Shown: positions 7,994 to 14,182 of the stretch, in pieces
Layout of the letters: each line of letters begins with the position of its first letter
Position numbering within the stretch: the stretch's first letter is position 1
Origin: Escherichia phage JLBYU50
Sequence record: OK272470.1
DNA: 64,000 bases
Strand: one strand, 5' to 3'
Translations under genes and position numbers: made by a program
Notes under the pieces: model-generated
What the model was told of the DNA's origin: nothing
The model's database searches: none
The model's input: only the letters and a program-made list of their open reading frames with translations

Positions 7994-8887
7994 ATGAAAG
8001 TTAGTATTCTGCATGGTGTTGACTGTTATGTTACTGATGTAGACGTTAAAGTCTTTACATTCTCTGGTGGAGAACAGCATGTTCAACTAGATACGAATCT
8101 ATCAGGTTTCAATCATGCTACAGACAGAATCTTACTCACTTTAGAAGTAAGATCTGCTAAAGACTTGATGACTTTGGTTATGACTAAGAATGCATTGGAC
8201 AATATGCTATATCATAAACCATATTGTGTTGATTTGCTCATGTTGTATGTGCCGTATGCACGACAAGACAGAGTGTGTGAGCCTGGGGAAGCATTCGGAG
8301 TTAAAGCCTTTGCTTCTATAATTAATTCATTAAATTTCTCACGTGTTATCGTTGCTGATCCACATAGTGATGTTACGCCAGCAGTGTTTGACAGACTCTG
8401 TGTAATACCTCAAGAAGAGATTGCTTACGAAACTTTAAAGTGGAAGTTACGTATGGAGAATTTTGCTCTTGTTAGTCCTGATGGTGGTGCTCTTAAGAAA
8501 ATATTTAAATTATCTAAGAAAATGTCTTTAGATGTGTTCTGTGCAGAGAAGGTTAGAGATACTGCAACAGGTGCTATTGTTCGTACAGACATTTCTGTAC
8601 AGGATTTCAATAAGCGTAACCTGATGATCGTAGATGATATCTGTGATGGTGGTAGAACTTTTATCGAATTGGCTAAAGTGCTACGTGCTCGTAACGCAGG
8701 TAAGATTGAGTTATATGTTACACACGGTATCTTTTCTAAAGGTCTTAAAGAGTTAAGTGAGCACTTTGACTGCATTCATTCTCTTAATGTGTGGGAAGAT
8801 AACATCCAAGAAGATTCCGGTGTTCTTGTTAAGAATCAGCCAGATTTGCAACAACAAATTGTATCTCCATACGTGTGGAATTTTTAA
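7994..8887 (+). CDS. ribose-phosphate pyrophosphokinase (Prs)-like protein; candidate PRPP or ADP-ribose pyrophosphokinase
   Basis: YVPYARQDR, VIVADPHS, VSPDGGAL and PRTase-type nucleotide loop LMIVDDICDGGRTF; strong RBS. Confidence 0.8.
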   Translation: MKVSILHGVDCYVTDVDVKVFTFSGGEQHVQLDTNLSGFNHATDRILLTLEVRSAKDLMTLVMTKNALDNMLYHKPYCVDLLMLYVPYARQDRVCEPGEAFGVKAFASIINSLNFSRVIVADPHSDVTPAVFDRLCVIPQEEIAYETLKWKLRMENFALVSPDGGALKKIFKLSKKMSLDVFCAEKVRDTATGAIVRTDISVQDFNKRNLMIVDDICDGGRTFIELAKVLRARNAGKIELYVTHGIFSKGLKELSEHFDCIHSLNVWEDNIQEDSGVLVKNQPDLQQQIVSPYVWNF

Positions 8888-8897
8888 ATAATAAGTG

Positions 8898-8926
8898 TTG
8901 ACAATAGGGAGTATGCTTAGTAAGAT
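8898..8926 (+). promoter_or_regulatory. sigma70-like promoter upstream of Nampt-family gene
   Basis: TTGACA 8898-8903, 17-nt spacer, TAAGAT 8921-8926. Confidence 0.5.
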
Positions 8927-8958
8927 ACTCCCACACTAACAAACAAGGAGACATAACT

Positions 8959-10692
8959 ATGAATATTTTTGCACCTTTTGCTACTGATTGGTATAAACCT
9001 GGTCACAAGCAGATGTACAACCAAAATACAAAACTCATTTTCTCTAATTTAACTCCTCGTAATGATAAAAACTTTGCACACTATGCAGATCGTGAAGCAC
9101 GTGGTGTGATTGTTTTAGGTATTCGTCGAGCAGTTACTGATGCTCTTGTAACTATGTGGGATGGCTTCTTTAAAATGTCTCGTAGTGCAGCAGTAAATAA
9201 ATTTTATCGTATGTCTAAGAATGCATTAGGTGCTTCTGCTCCTTCTGCTGAATGTTGGGGAGAATTGCACGATTTAGGTTATCTTCCGCTAGAAGTTCGA
9301 TCTCTGCCAGAAGGTGTTTTGTGTCCTATTGGTGTTCCTGTGTTTACTGTGCATAACACTTTAGAAAAATTCTTTTGGTTAACTAACTATGTGGAAACAC
9401 TCTTGTCAGATGAAACTTGGAAGACAATGACTAATGCCACAGCAGCTTTTCAGTATAAGCGTATCGCTATGGCGTATGCGATGGCAACGTGTGATAACAT
9501 TGATCACGTTAATTTCCAGTGTCATGATTTTAGTCTACGTGGCTTAAGCAATATCGAAGATGGTTATAAGAGTGGTATCGCTCATTTGGCATCTTTCACA
9601 GGAACAGATAATATTCTGGCTATTGAAACTGTGCATGATTACTATGGTATTGATTATGATCAATTTGTTGCAGGTTCTATTCCGGCAACAGAACATTCAG
9701 TAGCAACGACTAATATTGGAGCTATTGTTGAAGATCTGAAGAAACATTTCCCACATCTTAAAGATGATGTTGATGGGCTTCGTTATGTAGCAGAGAAAGA
9801 GTTTCTTCGCCGCTATATTGAAGAAATTGTTCCAGAAGGTTTTTGTTCATATGTAGCAGATTCTTATGATTACTGGGCTGTCTTGACTCGCATTCTGGTA
9901 GAATTGAAAGAGTCCATTATGTCACGAAATGGTCGTCTTGTTATTCGTCCAGATTCAGGAGATCCGGTTAAAGTTGTTGCAGGATACAATGTTGAATCTT
10001 TTGATAACTATGAAGACCTTTTAAATAATGGTATTGCGACAGCTACTGAAGTAGTTCATTTGGCTGATGTTAATAAGTATTACAATGTTCTTCAGGATTG
10101 TAGCGTTGCTGATTGTATTGATGAAACTTATGAGATTCCTTATTGTGAAGCAGTAGGTTCTATTCAAATCCTTTGGGAAGTGTTTGGCGGTACTATCAAT
10201 CGAAAAGGCTACAAGGTTCTTGATCAGCACATCGGTATGATTTATGGTGATTCTATTACTGTTGAACGAGAACACGAAATCTTACTCCGACTGAAGAAGA
10301 AAGGCTTTGCTGCTTCCAATATTGTATTTGGTGTTGGTAGTTATACTTATCAGTTCAATACACGAGATACTTTTGGTTTTGCTGTTAAAGCAACAGGTAG
10401 TATCATCGGTGAACACGAAATTTTGGTAAGTAAGGAGCCTAAAACTGATCCTGGTAAACGCTCTGCAAAAGGTTTTATTAAGGTTGTTAAGGATACAAAT
10501 GGTAAACTTTCTCTTGTGGATAATCTTTCTTTTAAAGATATTCAAGATGAAGACAATGAGTTAAAAGTTATCTTCAGGGATGGTACGGTTATTACACCAC
10601 AAGTAGAAGGACGTGATGAAACATTTACTGATATCCGCAACCGTGTTGATGTAGAGGTTCTTCGTACTATGGGAACCATCCAGGTTGACTAA
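8959..10692 (+). CDS. nicotinamide phosphoribosyltransferase (Nampt)-family protein
   Basis: block-by-block match to Nampt: ATDWYKPGHKQ, LPEGV..FTVHNT..FWLTNYVETLL, HDFSLRGLS, FTGTDN, PATEHSV, ADSYDYW, VIRPDSGDP, IVFGVGS..NTRD, DPGKRSAKG. Confidence 0.85.
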   Translation: MNIFAPFATDWYKPGHKQMYNQNTKLIFSNLTPRNDKNFAHYADREARGVIVLGIRRAVTDALVTMWDGFFKMSRSAAVNKFYRMSKNALGASAPSAECWGELHDLGYLPLEVRSLPEGVLCPIGVPVFTVHNTLEKFFWLTNYVETLLSDETWKTMTNATAAFQYKRIAMAYAMATCDNIDHVNFQCHDFSLRGLSNIEDGYKSGIAHLASFTGTDNILAIETVHDYYGIDYDQFVAGSIPATEHSVATTNIGAIVEDLKKHFPHLKDDVDGLRYVAEKEFLRRYIEEIVPEGFCSYVADSYDYWAVLTRILVELKESIMSRNGRLVIRPDSGDPVKVVAGYNVESFDNYEDLLNNGIATATEVVHLADVNKYYNVLQDCSVADCIDETYEIPYCEAVGSIQILWEVFGGTINRKGYKVLDQHIGMIYGDSITVEREHEILLRLKKKGFAASNIVFGVGSYTYQFNTRDTFGFAVKATGSIIGEHEILVSKEPKTDPGKRSAKGFIKVVKDTNGKLSLVDNLSFKDIQDEDNELKVIFRDGTVITPQVEGRDETFTDIRNRVDVEVLRTMGTIQVD

Positions 10693-10763
10693 ATAAAAAC
10701 TTCGTGATAAGATTAAGGTAAGGAGAGCCTGCAACTGCCCTGGATGGGCTTCACGAAGGATTT

Positions 10764-10985
10764 ATGAAACAACATAATTTTTATTTTCGTTGCCGAGCCT
10801 GTAACAGACACTTGACTAATCACTCCCGTAGAGACAGGAATGGTAATATTCAAGAGTCGGATCTATGCTCGATTTGTACAAGTTTGGCATTCGACGACAG
10901 TCCCGAAAGGGTTTATCAACATCAAAGTGTAACTGATCTTCTTCTAAATTACACAGCACCAGAGGAGGAATTAGATTTCACATAA
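10764..10985 (+). CDS. small Cys-rich (zinc-ribbon-like) protein
   Basis: ORF track; CRACNRH...CSIC four-Cys arrangement; GAAGGA RBS. Confidence 0.45.
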   Translation: MKQHNFYFRCRACNRHLTNHSRRDRNGNIQESDLCSICTSLAFDDSPERVYQHQSVTDLLLNYTAPEEELDFT

Positions 10986-10998
10986 TTAAGGAAACAGT

Positions 10999-11109
10999 AT
11001 GTCTACAGAAATTATTTTTGGCTTATCTGTTTTTATTGCTATTGTATCTTTTGTATGCGGTTATACACTAGGTTACAGATCAAGAAAAAATATTGTAAAA
11101 ACTAGTTGA
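10999..11109 (+). CDS. possible 36-aa single-pass membrane peptide
   Basis: below ORF-track cut-off; AAGGAAACAGT-ATG; hydrophobic core IIFGLSVFIAIVSFVCGYTLGY then basic tail. Confidence 0.25.
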   Translation: MSTEIIFGLSVFIAIVSFVCGYTLGYRSRKNIVKTS

Positions 11110-11135
11110 CAACATAGCTAGTTATTTGCTAAGAT
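11106..11135 (+). promoter_or_regulatory. sigma70-like promoter
   Basis: TTGACA 11106-11111, 18-nt spacer, TAAGAT 11130-11135; upstream of 11165 CDS. Confidence 0.45.
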
Positions 11136-11164
11136 AAGCACAAGTTAAACAAAAGGAGAAAACT

Positions 11165-11431
11165 ATGACAGAAAATACTTATGGTAAAGAATTGATTGAG
11201 AAGCACGTATTGATTGATAATAAAGGTGGAGCAATCTTTCTTTTTGATCCTGAATCAGTTCTTACTGAAAACGAAAATGGTAGCGTTAGCCTTAAAACAG
11301 AAAGTTTGGTAATTGACTTCCTTGCTCTTCTGGATGAAATGGGGCTTCCTCACGAAGAAGAAGCAGCTATTGCTTTGATTACAGTTCTTCTGGAGAAACG
11401 CGAAGCTGGTGAAATGACCCAGTATGCTTAA
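11165..11431 (+). CDS. hypothetical protein (88 aa)
   Basis: ORF track; AAAAGGAG RBS. Confidence 0.5.
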   Translation: MTENTYGKELIEKHVLIDNKGGAIFLFDPESVLTENENGSVSLKTESLVIDFLALLDEMGLPHEEEAAIALITVLLEKREAGEMTQYA

Positions 11432-11438
11432 TATTCAA

Positions 11439-11514
11439 GGTTCCATAGCTCACTGACGAGAGCGCACACCTCATAAGTGTCGAGGGCAGGGATTGTAACC
11501 CTGGGGAACCACCA
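11439..11514 (+). tRNA. tRNA with CAT anticodon (Met/Ile-type), non-canonical D- and T-loops
   Basis: complete cloverleaf: acceptor GGTTCCA/GGGAACC, D-stem GCTC/GAGC, anticodon loop CTCATAA, T-stem CAGGG/CCCTG, encoded ACCA; T-loop is ATTGTAA rather than TTCRANY. Confidence 0.45.
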
Positions 11515-11545
11515 TTTAAAAGGAGGTGCTATGCATCTCCTATAT

Positions 11546-11631
11546 GCAAGTGTGGTGGAATTGGTGATACACATTGTGCTTAAAACGCAACGCTTAAATG
11601 CTTGAGGGTTCGAATCCCTCCACTTGCACCA
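11546..11631 (+). tRNA. tRNA-Leu (anticodon TAA)
   Basis: acceptor GCAAGTG/CACTTGC, anticodon loop CTTAAAA, long variable arm, T-loop GGTTCGAATCC, ACCA encoded. Confidence 0.8.
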
Positions 11632-11647
11632 ACACCTAAAAAAATAT

Positions 11648-11677
11648 CTTGACATTTACTTAGTTTTTTGTTATAGT
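11648..11677 (+). promoter_or_regulatory. sigma70-like promoter inside tRNA array
   Basis: TTGACA 11648-11653, 18-nt spacer, TATAGT 11672-11677. Confidence 0.45.
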
Positions 11678-11687
11678 TACTATGAAA

Positions 11688-11769
11688 ACGGGGTGTATCT
11701 CACCTGACTTCTAATCAGGCGTTAACCGAGTAATTGGAGTATGCAGGTTCGAATCCTGTCACCCCGGCC
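11688..11769 (+). tRNA. atypical tRNA-like gene, anticodon hairpin reads TCT (Arg-type)
   Basis: perfect acceptor CGGGGTG/CACCCCG, canonical T-arm GCAGG-TTCGAAT-CCTGT, GCCA 3' end, perfect hairpin CCTGA-CTTCTAA-TCAGG; no conventional D-arm fits between acceptor and this hairpin. Confidence 0.4.
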
Positions 11770-11787
11770 AAAAAGTTTTAAAAACTA

Positions 11788-11817
11788 CTTGACAAGCAAG
11801 ATAGTTTTATGTTAGAT
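11788..11817 (+). promoter_or_regulatory. sigma70-like promoter inside tRNA array
   Basis: TTGACA 11788-11793, 18-nt spacer, TAGATT 11812-11817. Confidence 0.4.
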
Positions 11818-11833
11818 TTAAAGTATAATAACT

Positions 11834-11923
11834 GGAAGGTAGGGCGCAGCGGTGCGCAACCAGGTTTGAACCCTGGCCCATTGTAGCGATACGGTGATGG
11901 TTCGACTCCATTATCTTCCTCCA
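11834..11923 (+). tRNA. tRNA-Ser (anticodon TGA)
   Basis: acceptor GGAAGGT/ATCTTCC, anticodon stem CCAGG/CCTGG with loop TTTGAAC, long variable arm, T-loop TTCGACT, TCCA 3' end. Confidence 0.7.
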
Positions 11924-11929
11924 AATTCA

Positions 11930-12094
11930 ATGAGTGATTTTATGAATTATAAAACTATTGGACAGGTTGTTACCGGAGTTAAGATTGTAAATAATAAAGT
12001 TGTTTATGAGTATTCTAATCTTCAACAATCTGAAGATGGTAAGAATATTCGTATGGTAAAAGAAGAACAAAAAGATTCCGGTTGTTTTGAATAA
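11930..12094 (+). CDS. possible small protein (54 aa) between tRNA genes
   Basis: ORF-track ORF 11894..12094 starts inside the tRNA-Ser; first ATG after the tRNA is at 11930; no clear RBS. Confidence 0.25.
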   Translation: MSDFMNYKTIGQVVTGVKIVNNKVVYEYSNLQQSEDGKNIRMVKEEQKDSGCFE

Positions 12095-12102
12095 TTAAAA
12101 AC

Positions 12103-12188
12103 GGTAGATTGGTGAAATGGTAGCCACAACAGTTTGCTAAACTGTCGTCGGAAACGGCGTGTAGGTTCAAGTCCTACATCTACCGCCA
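12103..12188 (+). tRNA. tRNA-Ser (anticodon GCT)
   Basis: acceptor GGTAGAT/ATCTACC, anticodon stem ACAGT/ACTGT loop TTGCTAA, long variable arm, T-arm TAGG-TTCAAGT-CCTA, GCCA. Confidence 0.8.
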
Positions 12189-12315
12189 AGTTATCTTTAA
12201 TGTAGCTTGTCATCTTACTTTAATAGAGTAAACTTTCGGCAGATGGCCCCCCACCATCTTACCGATATCCCATAGTCAAGTGCCGCAAACACTGGCTATT
12301 TTAAAGATAATTTAT

Positions 12316-12391
12316 ACATCGTTAGCTTAGTTGGTAGAGCAAGGGGCTTTTAACTCCAAGGTCGAAGGTTCGAATCCTTCACGATGTACCA
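12316..12391 (+). tRNA. tRNA-Lys (anticodon TTT)
   Basis: acceptor ACATCGT/ACGATGT, D-arm TAGCTTAGTTGGTAGAGC, anticodon loop CTTTTAA, T-loop GGTTCGAATCC, ACCA. Confidence 0.75.
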
Positions 12392-12396
12392 AACAC

Positions 12397-12483
12397 GTAG
12401 GTATCGCATAGCGGCAATTGCTGGAGACTGTAAATCTCTTGCCCTTCGGGGCTTCGTTGGTTCGAGTCCAACTACCTGCACCA
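12397..12483 (+). tRNA. tRNA-Tyr (anticodon GTA)
   Basis: acceptor GTAGGTA/TACCTGC, anticodon loop CTGTAAA, long variable arm, T-arm GTTGG-TTCGAGT-CCAAC, ACCA. Confidence 0.75.
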
Positions 12484-12490
12484 AATTAAA

Positions 12491-12575
12491 GATGGATTGG
12501 CCTAGTGGTTGGGCGACGGACTGTTAATCCGTGAACGAAAGTTCTAGCAAGGTTCAAATCCTTGATCCATCGCCA
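12491..12575 (+). tRNA. tRNA with GTT anticodon (Asn-type) carrying a long variable arm
   Basis: acceptor GATGGAT/ATCCATC, anticodon stem ACGGA/TCCGT loop CTGTTAA, 15-nt variable hairpin GAAC-GAAA-GTTC, T-loop GGTTCAAATCC, GCCA. Confidence 0.55.
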
Positions 12576-12580
12576 AATAG

Positions 12581-12646
12581 TGCTTGTAGAGTTAATAGAA
12601 ACCTCTAGAATTTTCTAGAATTGTAGGTATCAAATCCTACCAAGCA
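12581..12646 (+). other. degenerate tRNA-like remnant
   Basis: acceptor-like TGCTTG/CAAGCA and T-arm-like GTAGG-TATCAAAT-CCTAC, but no foldable anticodon arm and no CCA. Confidence 0.25.
12604..12620. repeat. tandem direct repeat TCTAGAA-TTT-TCTAGAA
   Basis: two copies of TCTAGAA (each containing palindromic TCTAGA) separated by TTT, read directly at 12604-12620. Confidence 0.7.
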
Positions 12647-12654
12647 AATATTTT

Positions 12655-12729
12655 GCTCCTATCGTATAACGGCTATTACGGTTGCCTTGTAAGCAACTTA
12701 TCAGGGTTCGAGTCCTTGTGGGAGCACCA
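12655..12729 (+). tRNA. tRNA-Thr (anticodon TGT)
   Basis: acceptor GCTCCTA/TGGGAGC, anticodon stem GTTGC/GCAAC loop CTTGTAA, T-loop GGGTTCGAGTCC, ACCA. Confidence 0.8.
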
Positions 12730-12751
12730 ATTTAACTCTAAAGGAGTGTAT

Positions 12752-13075
12752 GTGACAGAAAAAGAGTTAGAGGAATATTTTAATATCAATGTTTTCGATG
12801 GTTTTGATGATATTGAAGATGTTGAAAGATATTATGAAGTAGAGTTAGATAAGGATAACATTGTAATTCTTTCTGCAACTTATGATTGTGCATATTATGA
12901 AGGCGAATCTCACGTTTATTTTTATGATATGAAAACATCTTTGTTTTATGAAGTACACGCATATCATTGTTCTTGTTATGGCTTAGAAGGTCAGTGGGAA
13001 CCTGAAGAAATAGGTGATTTGGACTTTACTATTGCATATCTAAACAGACGTGGTGCATCTACTATTTTAAAATAA
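12752..13075 (+). CDS. hypothetical protein (107 aa)
   Basis: ORF-track ORF 12653..13075 starts inside tRNA-Thr; start re-set to in-frame GTG at 12752, 5 nt after AAGGAG. Confidence 0.4.
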   Translation: MTEKELEEYFNINVFDGFDDIEDVERYYEVELDKDNIVILSATYDCAYYEGESHVYFYDMKTSLFYEVHAYHCSCYGLEGQWEPEEIGDLDFTIAYLNRRGASTILK

Positions 13076-13089
13076 ATATCAAAAGCCTC

Positions 13090-13119
13090 TTGACAAAGGG
13101 GCTAATAATATGTTAGAGT
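13090..13119 (+). promoter_or_regulatory. sigma70-like promoter inside tRNA array
   Basis: TTGACA 13090-13095, 18-nt spacer, TAGAGT 13114-13119. Confidence 0.4.
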
Positions 13120-13130
13120 AATATTGTTAA

Positions 13131-13205
13131 GCGGGTATAGTGTTAATGGTAGCATATGAGGTTTCCACCCTCCAGGTGCAGGTTCAAGTCCTGTTACTCG
13201 CTCCA
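13131..13205 (+). tRNA. tRNA-Gly (anticodon TCC)
   Basis: acceptor GCGGGTA/TACTCGC, anticodon loop TTTCCAC, T-arm GCAGG-TTCAAGT-CCTGT, TCCA. Confidence 0.75.
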
Positions 13206-13304
13206 AGATTATTTAAATGGAATCGCTAGAGAAAATTTCTCTTTTCGCTCATGGTTTTCTCCTTCAAACTCTAGCGGTTCTTTTTAAGTGATTTTTAGTT
13301 TTAT

Positions 13305-13379
13305 TGGAGATTAGCCTAGTGGGAAGGCAACGGCCTTTGAAGTCGTGATGACTAGGTTCGATTCCTAGATCTCCAGCCA
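13305..13379 (+). tRNA. tRNA-Gln (anticodon TTG)
   Basis: acceptor TGGAGAT/ATCTCCA, D-arm GCCTAGTGGGAAGGC, anticodon loop CTTTGAA, T-arm CTAGG-TTCGATT-CCTAG, GCCA. Confidence 0.8.
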
Positions 13380-13386
13380 ATATTTA

Positions 13387-13462
13387 CAGTGCGTAGCGCA
13401 GTTGGTAGCGTGGGAGCCTTGGACGCTTCAGGTCGCAGGTTCGAGTCCTGCCGCACTGACCA
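13387..13462 (+). tRNA. tRNA-Pro (anticodon TGG)
   Basis: acceptor CAGTGCG/CGCACTG, D-arm GCGCAGTTGGTAGCGT, anticodon loop CTTGGAC, T-arm GCAGG-TTCGAGT-CCTGC, ACCA. Confidence 0.8.
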
Positions 13463-13467
13463 AATTT

Positions 13468-13542
13468 GCAGAGATAGCTGAGACGGATTAGTGCTACCCT
13501 GAAAAGGTAGAAAGGATGGATCGTTACCATCTCTCTGCACCA
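13468..13542 (+). tRNA. tRNA-Phe (anticodon GAA)
   Basis: acceptor GCAGAGA/TCTCTGC, anticodon stem CTACC/GGTAG loop CTGAAAA, T-stem GATGG/CCATC (loop ATCGTTA), ACCA. Confidence 0.7.
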
Positions 13543-13617
13543 AATATCACCATCCAAGGAGTAGACTTGGTTAACTGTCAATAGCACATTGAGGCTTCTT
13601 ACAGTGGTGTATTTTAT

Positions 13618-13702
13618 GGCTAAGTGGTGGAATGGTATACACGATACGCTTAGAACGTATTGCCCCAAGGGATTGTGAGTTCGAGTCTCACCTTAGCTAC
13701 CA
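13618..13702 (+). tRNA. tRNA-Leu (anticodon TAG)
   Basis: acceptor GGCTAAG/CTTAGCT, anticodon stem ATACG/CGTAT loop CTTAGAA, long variable arm, T-arm GTGAG-TTCGAGT-CTCAC, ACCA. Confidence 0.8.
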
Positions 13703-13780
13703 TATCTAAGAGATATCATAGGGTTTGCAACGGATATCTACCGTCCTGTTAAGGATACCACGCCAAGACGGGTTATAAAG

Positions 13781-13856
13781 GGTTAGCCATTGATAGTGTG
13801 AAGCTGGCGTTTCGAGTGCTTTCATAAGGCATTGCGAGAAGAGTTCGATCCTCTTA
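13781..13856 (+). tRNA. tRNA with CAT anticodon (Met or Ile-lysidine type)
   Basis: perfect acceptor TGATAGT/ACTATCA, anticodon loop TTCATAA, T-arm AAGAG-TTCGATC-CTCTT, ACCA. Confidence 0.65.
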
Positions 13857-13871
13857 CTATCAACCAAATTA

Positions 13872-13950
13872 TTACAGATTGTGCGGGATAGAGGAGTCTG
13901 GTCGTCCTCGCCAGTTTCATATGCTGGAGATCATCGGTTCGAATCCGATT
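13872..13950 (+). tRNA. tRNA with CAT anticodon (Met or Ile-lysidine type), 1:72 mismatch
   Basis: acceptor TGCGGGA/TCCCGCC with unpaired first position, anticodon loop TTCATAT, T-arm ATCGG-TTCGAAT-CCGAT, TCCA. Confidence 0.6.
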
Positions 13951-13994
13951 CCCGCCTCCAATAAATACCTCCCTTCTGGTGTAATGATTAAGTT

Positions 13995-14091
13995 ACATTG
14001 ACACTTCAAGGAACTCATAGCCGGGTAGATTTAAAAGAGTATGGTACTCAATATGGCTCCAAACCATAGATCAGGGGGTTCGATTCCTCAC
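13995..14091 (+). tRNA. tRNA-like element with Trp-type anticodon arm (CCA); 5' half non-canonical
   Basis: perfect anticodon arm TATGG-CTCCAAA-CCATA, T-loop GGTTCGATTCC, GCCA 3' end; no 7-bp acceptor partner at the expected distance, only a 5-bp CAAGG/CCTTG pairing about 40 nt upstream. Confidence 0.35.
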
Positions 14092-14106
14092 CTTGCTGCC
14101 AATTAT

Positions 14107-14182
14107 TGTGGTATCGTACAGATGGTTAGTACACTCGACCGATAATCGAGAAACAACGGTTCGACTCCGTTTACCACGACCA
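14107..14182 (+). tRNA. tRNA-Ile (anticodon GAT)
   Basis: acceptor TGTGGTA/TACCACG, D-arm GTAC-AGATGGTTA-GTAC, anticodon stem CTCGA/TCGAG loop CCGATAA, T-arm AACGG-TTCGACT-CCGTT, ACCA. Confidence 0.75.

Noticed and set aside
11894-12094. ORF-track start at 11894 (and likewise 12653 for the next ORF) placed inside tRNA genes
   Set aside because: The 5' portions overlap well-folded tRNAs (Ser-TGA, Thr-TGT); starts were moved downstream of the tRNA 3' ends or the ORF was down-weighted.
12195-12315. Possible additional tRNA between tRNA-Ser(GCT) and tRNA-Lys
   Set aside because: Only a hairpin (AGATGG-CCCCCCA-CCATCT) is present; no T-loop consensus or acceptor pairing could be found on either strand.
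13703-13780. Possible structured RNA or tRNA in spacer with GATATC palindromes and CCGTC...GACGG pairing
   Set aside because: No cloverleaf could be built and no T-loop consensus is present on either strand; likely processing spacer.
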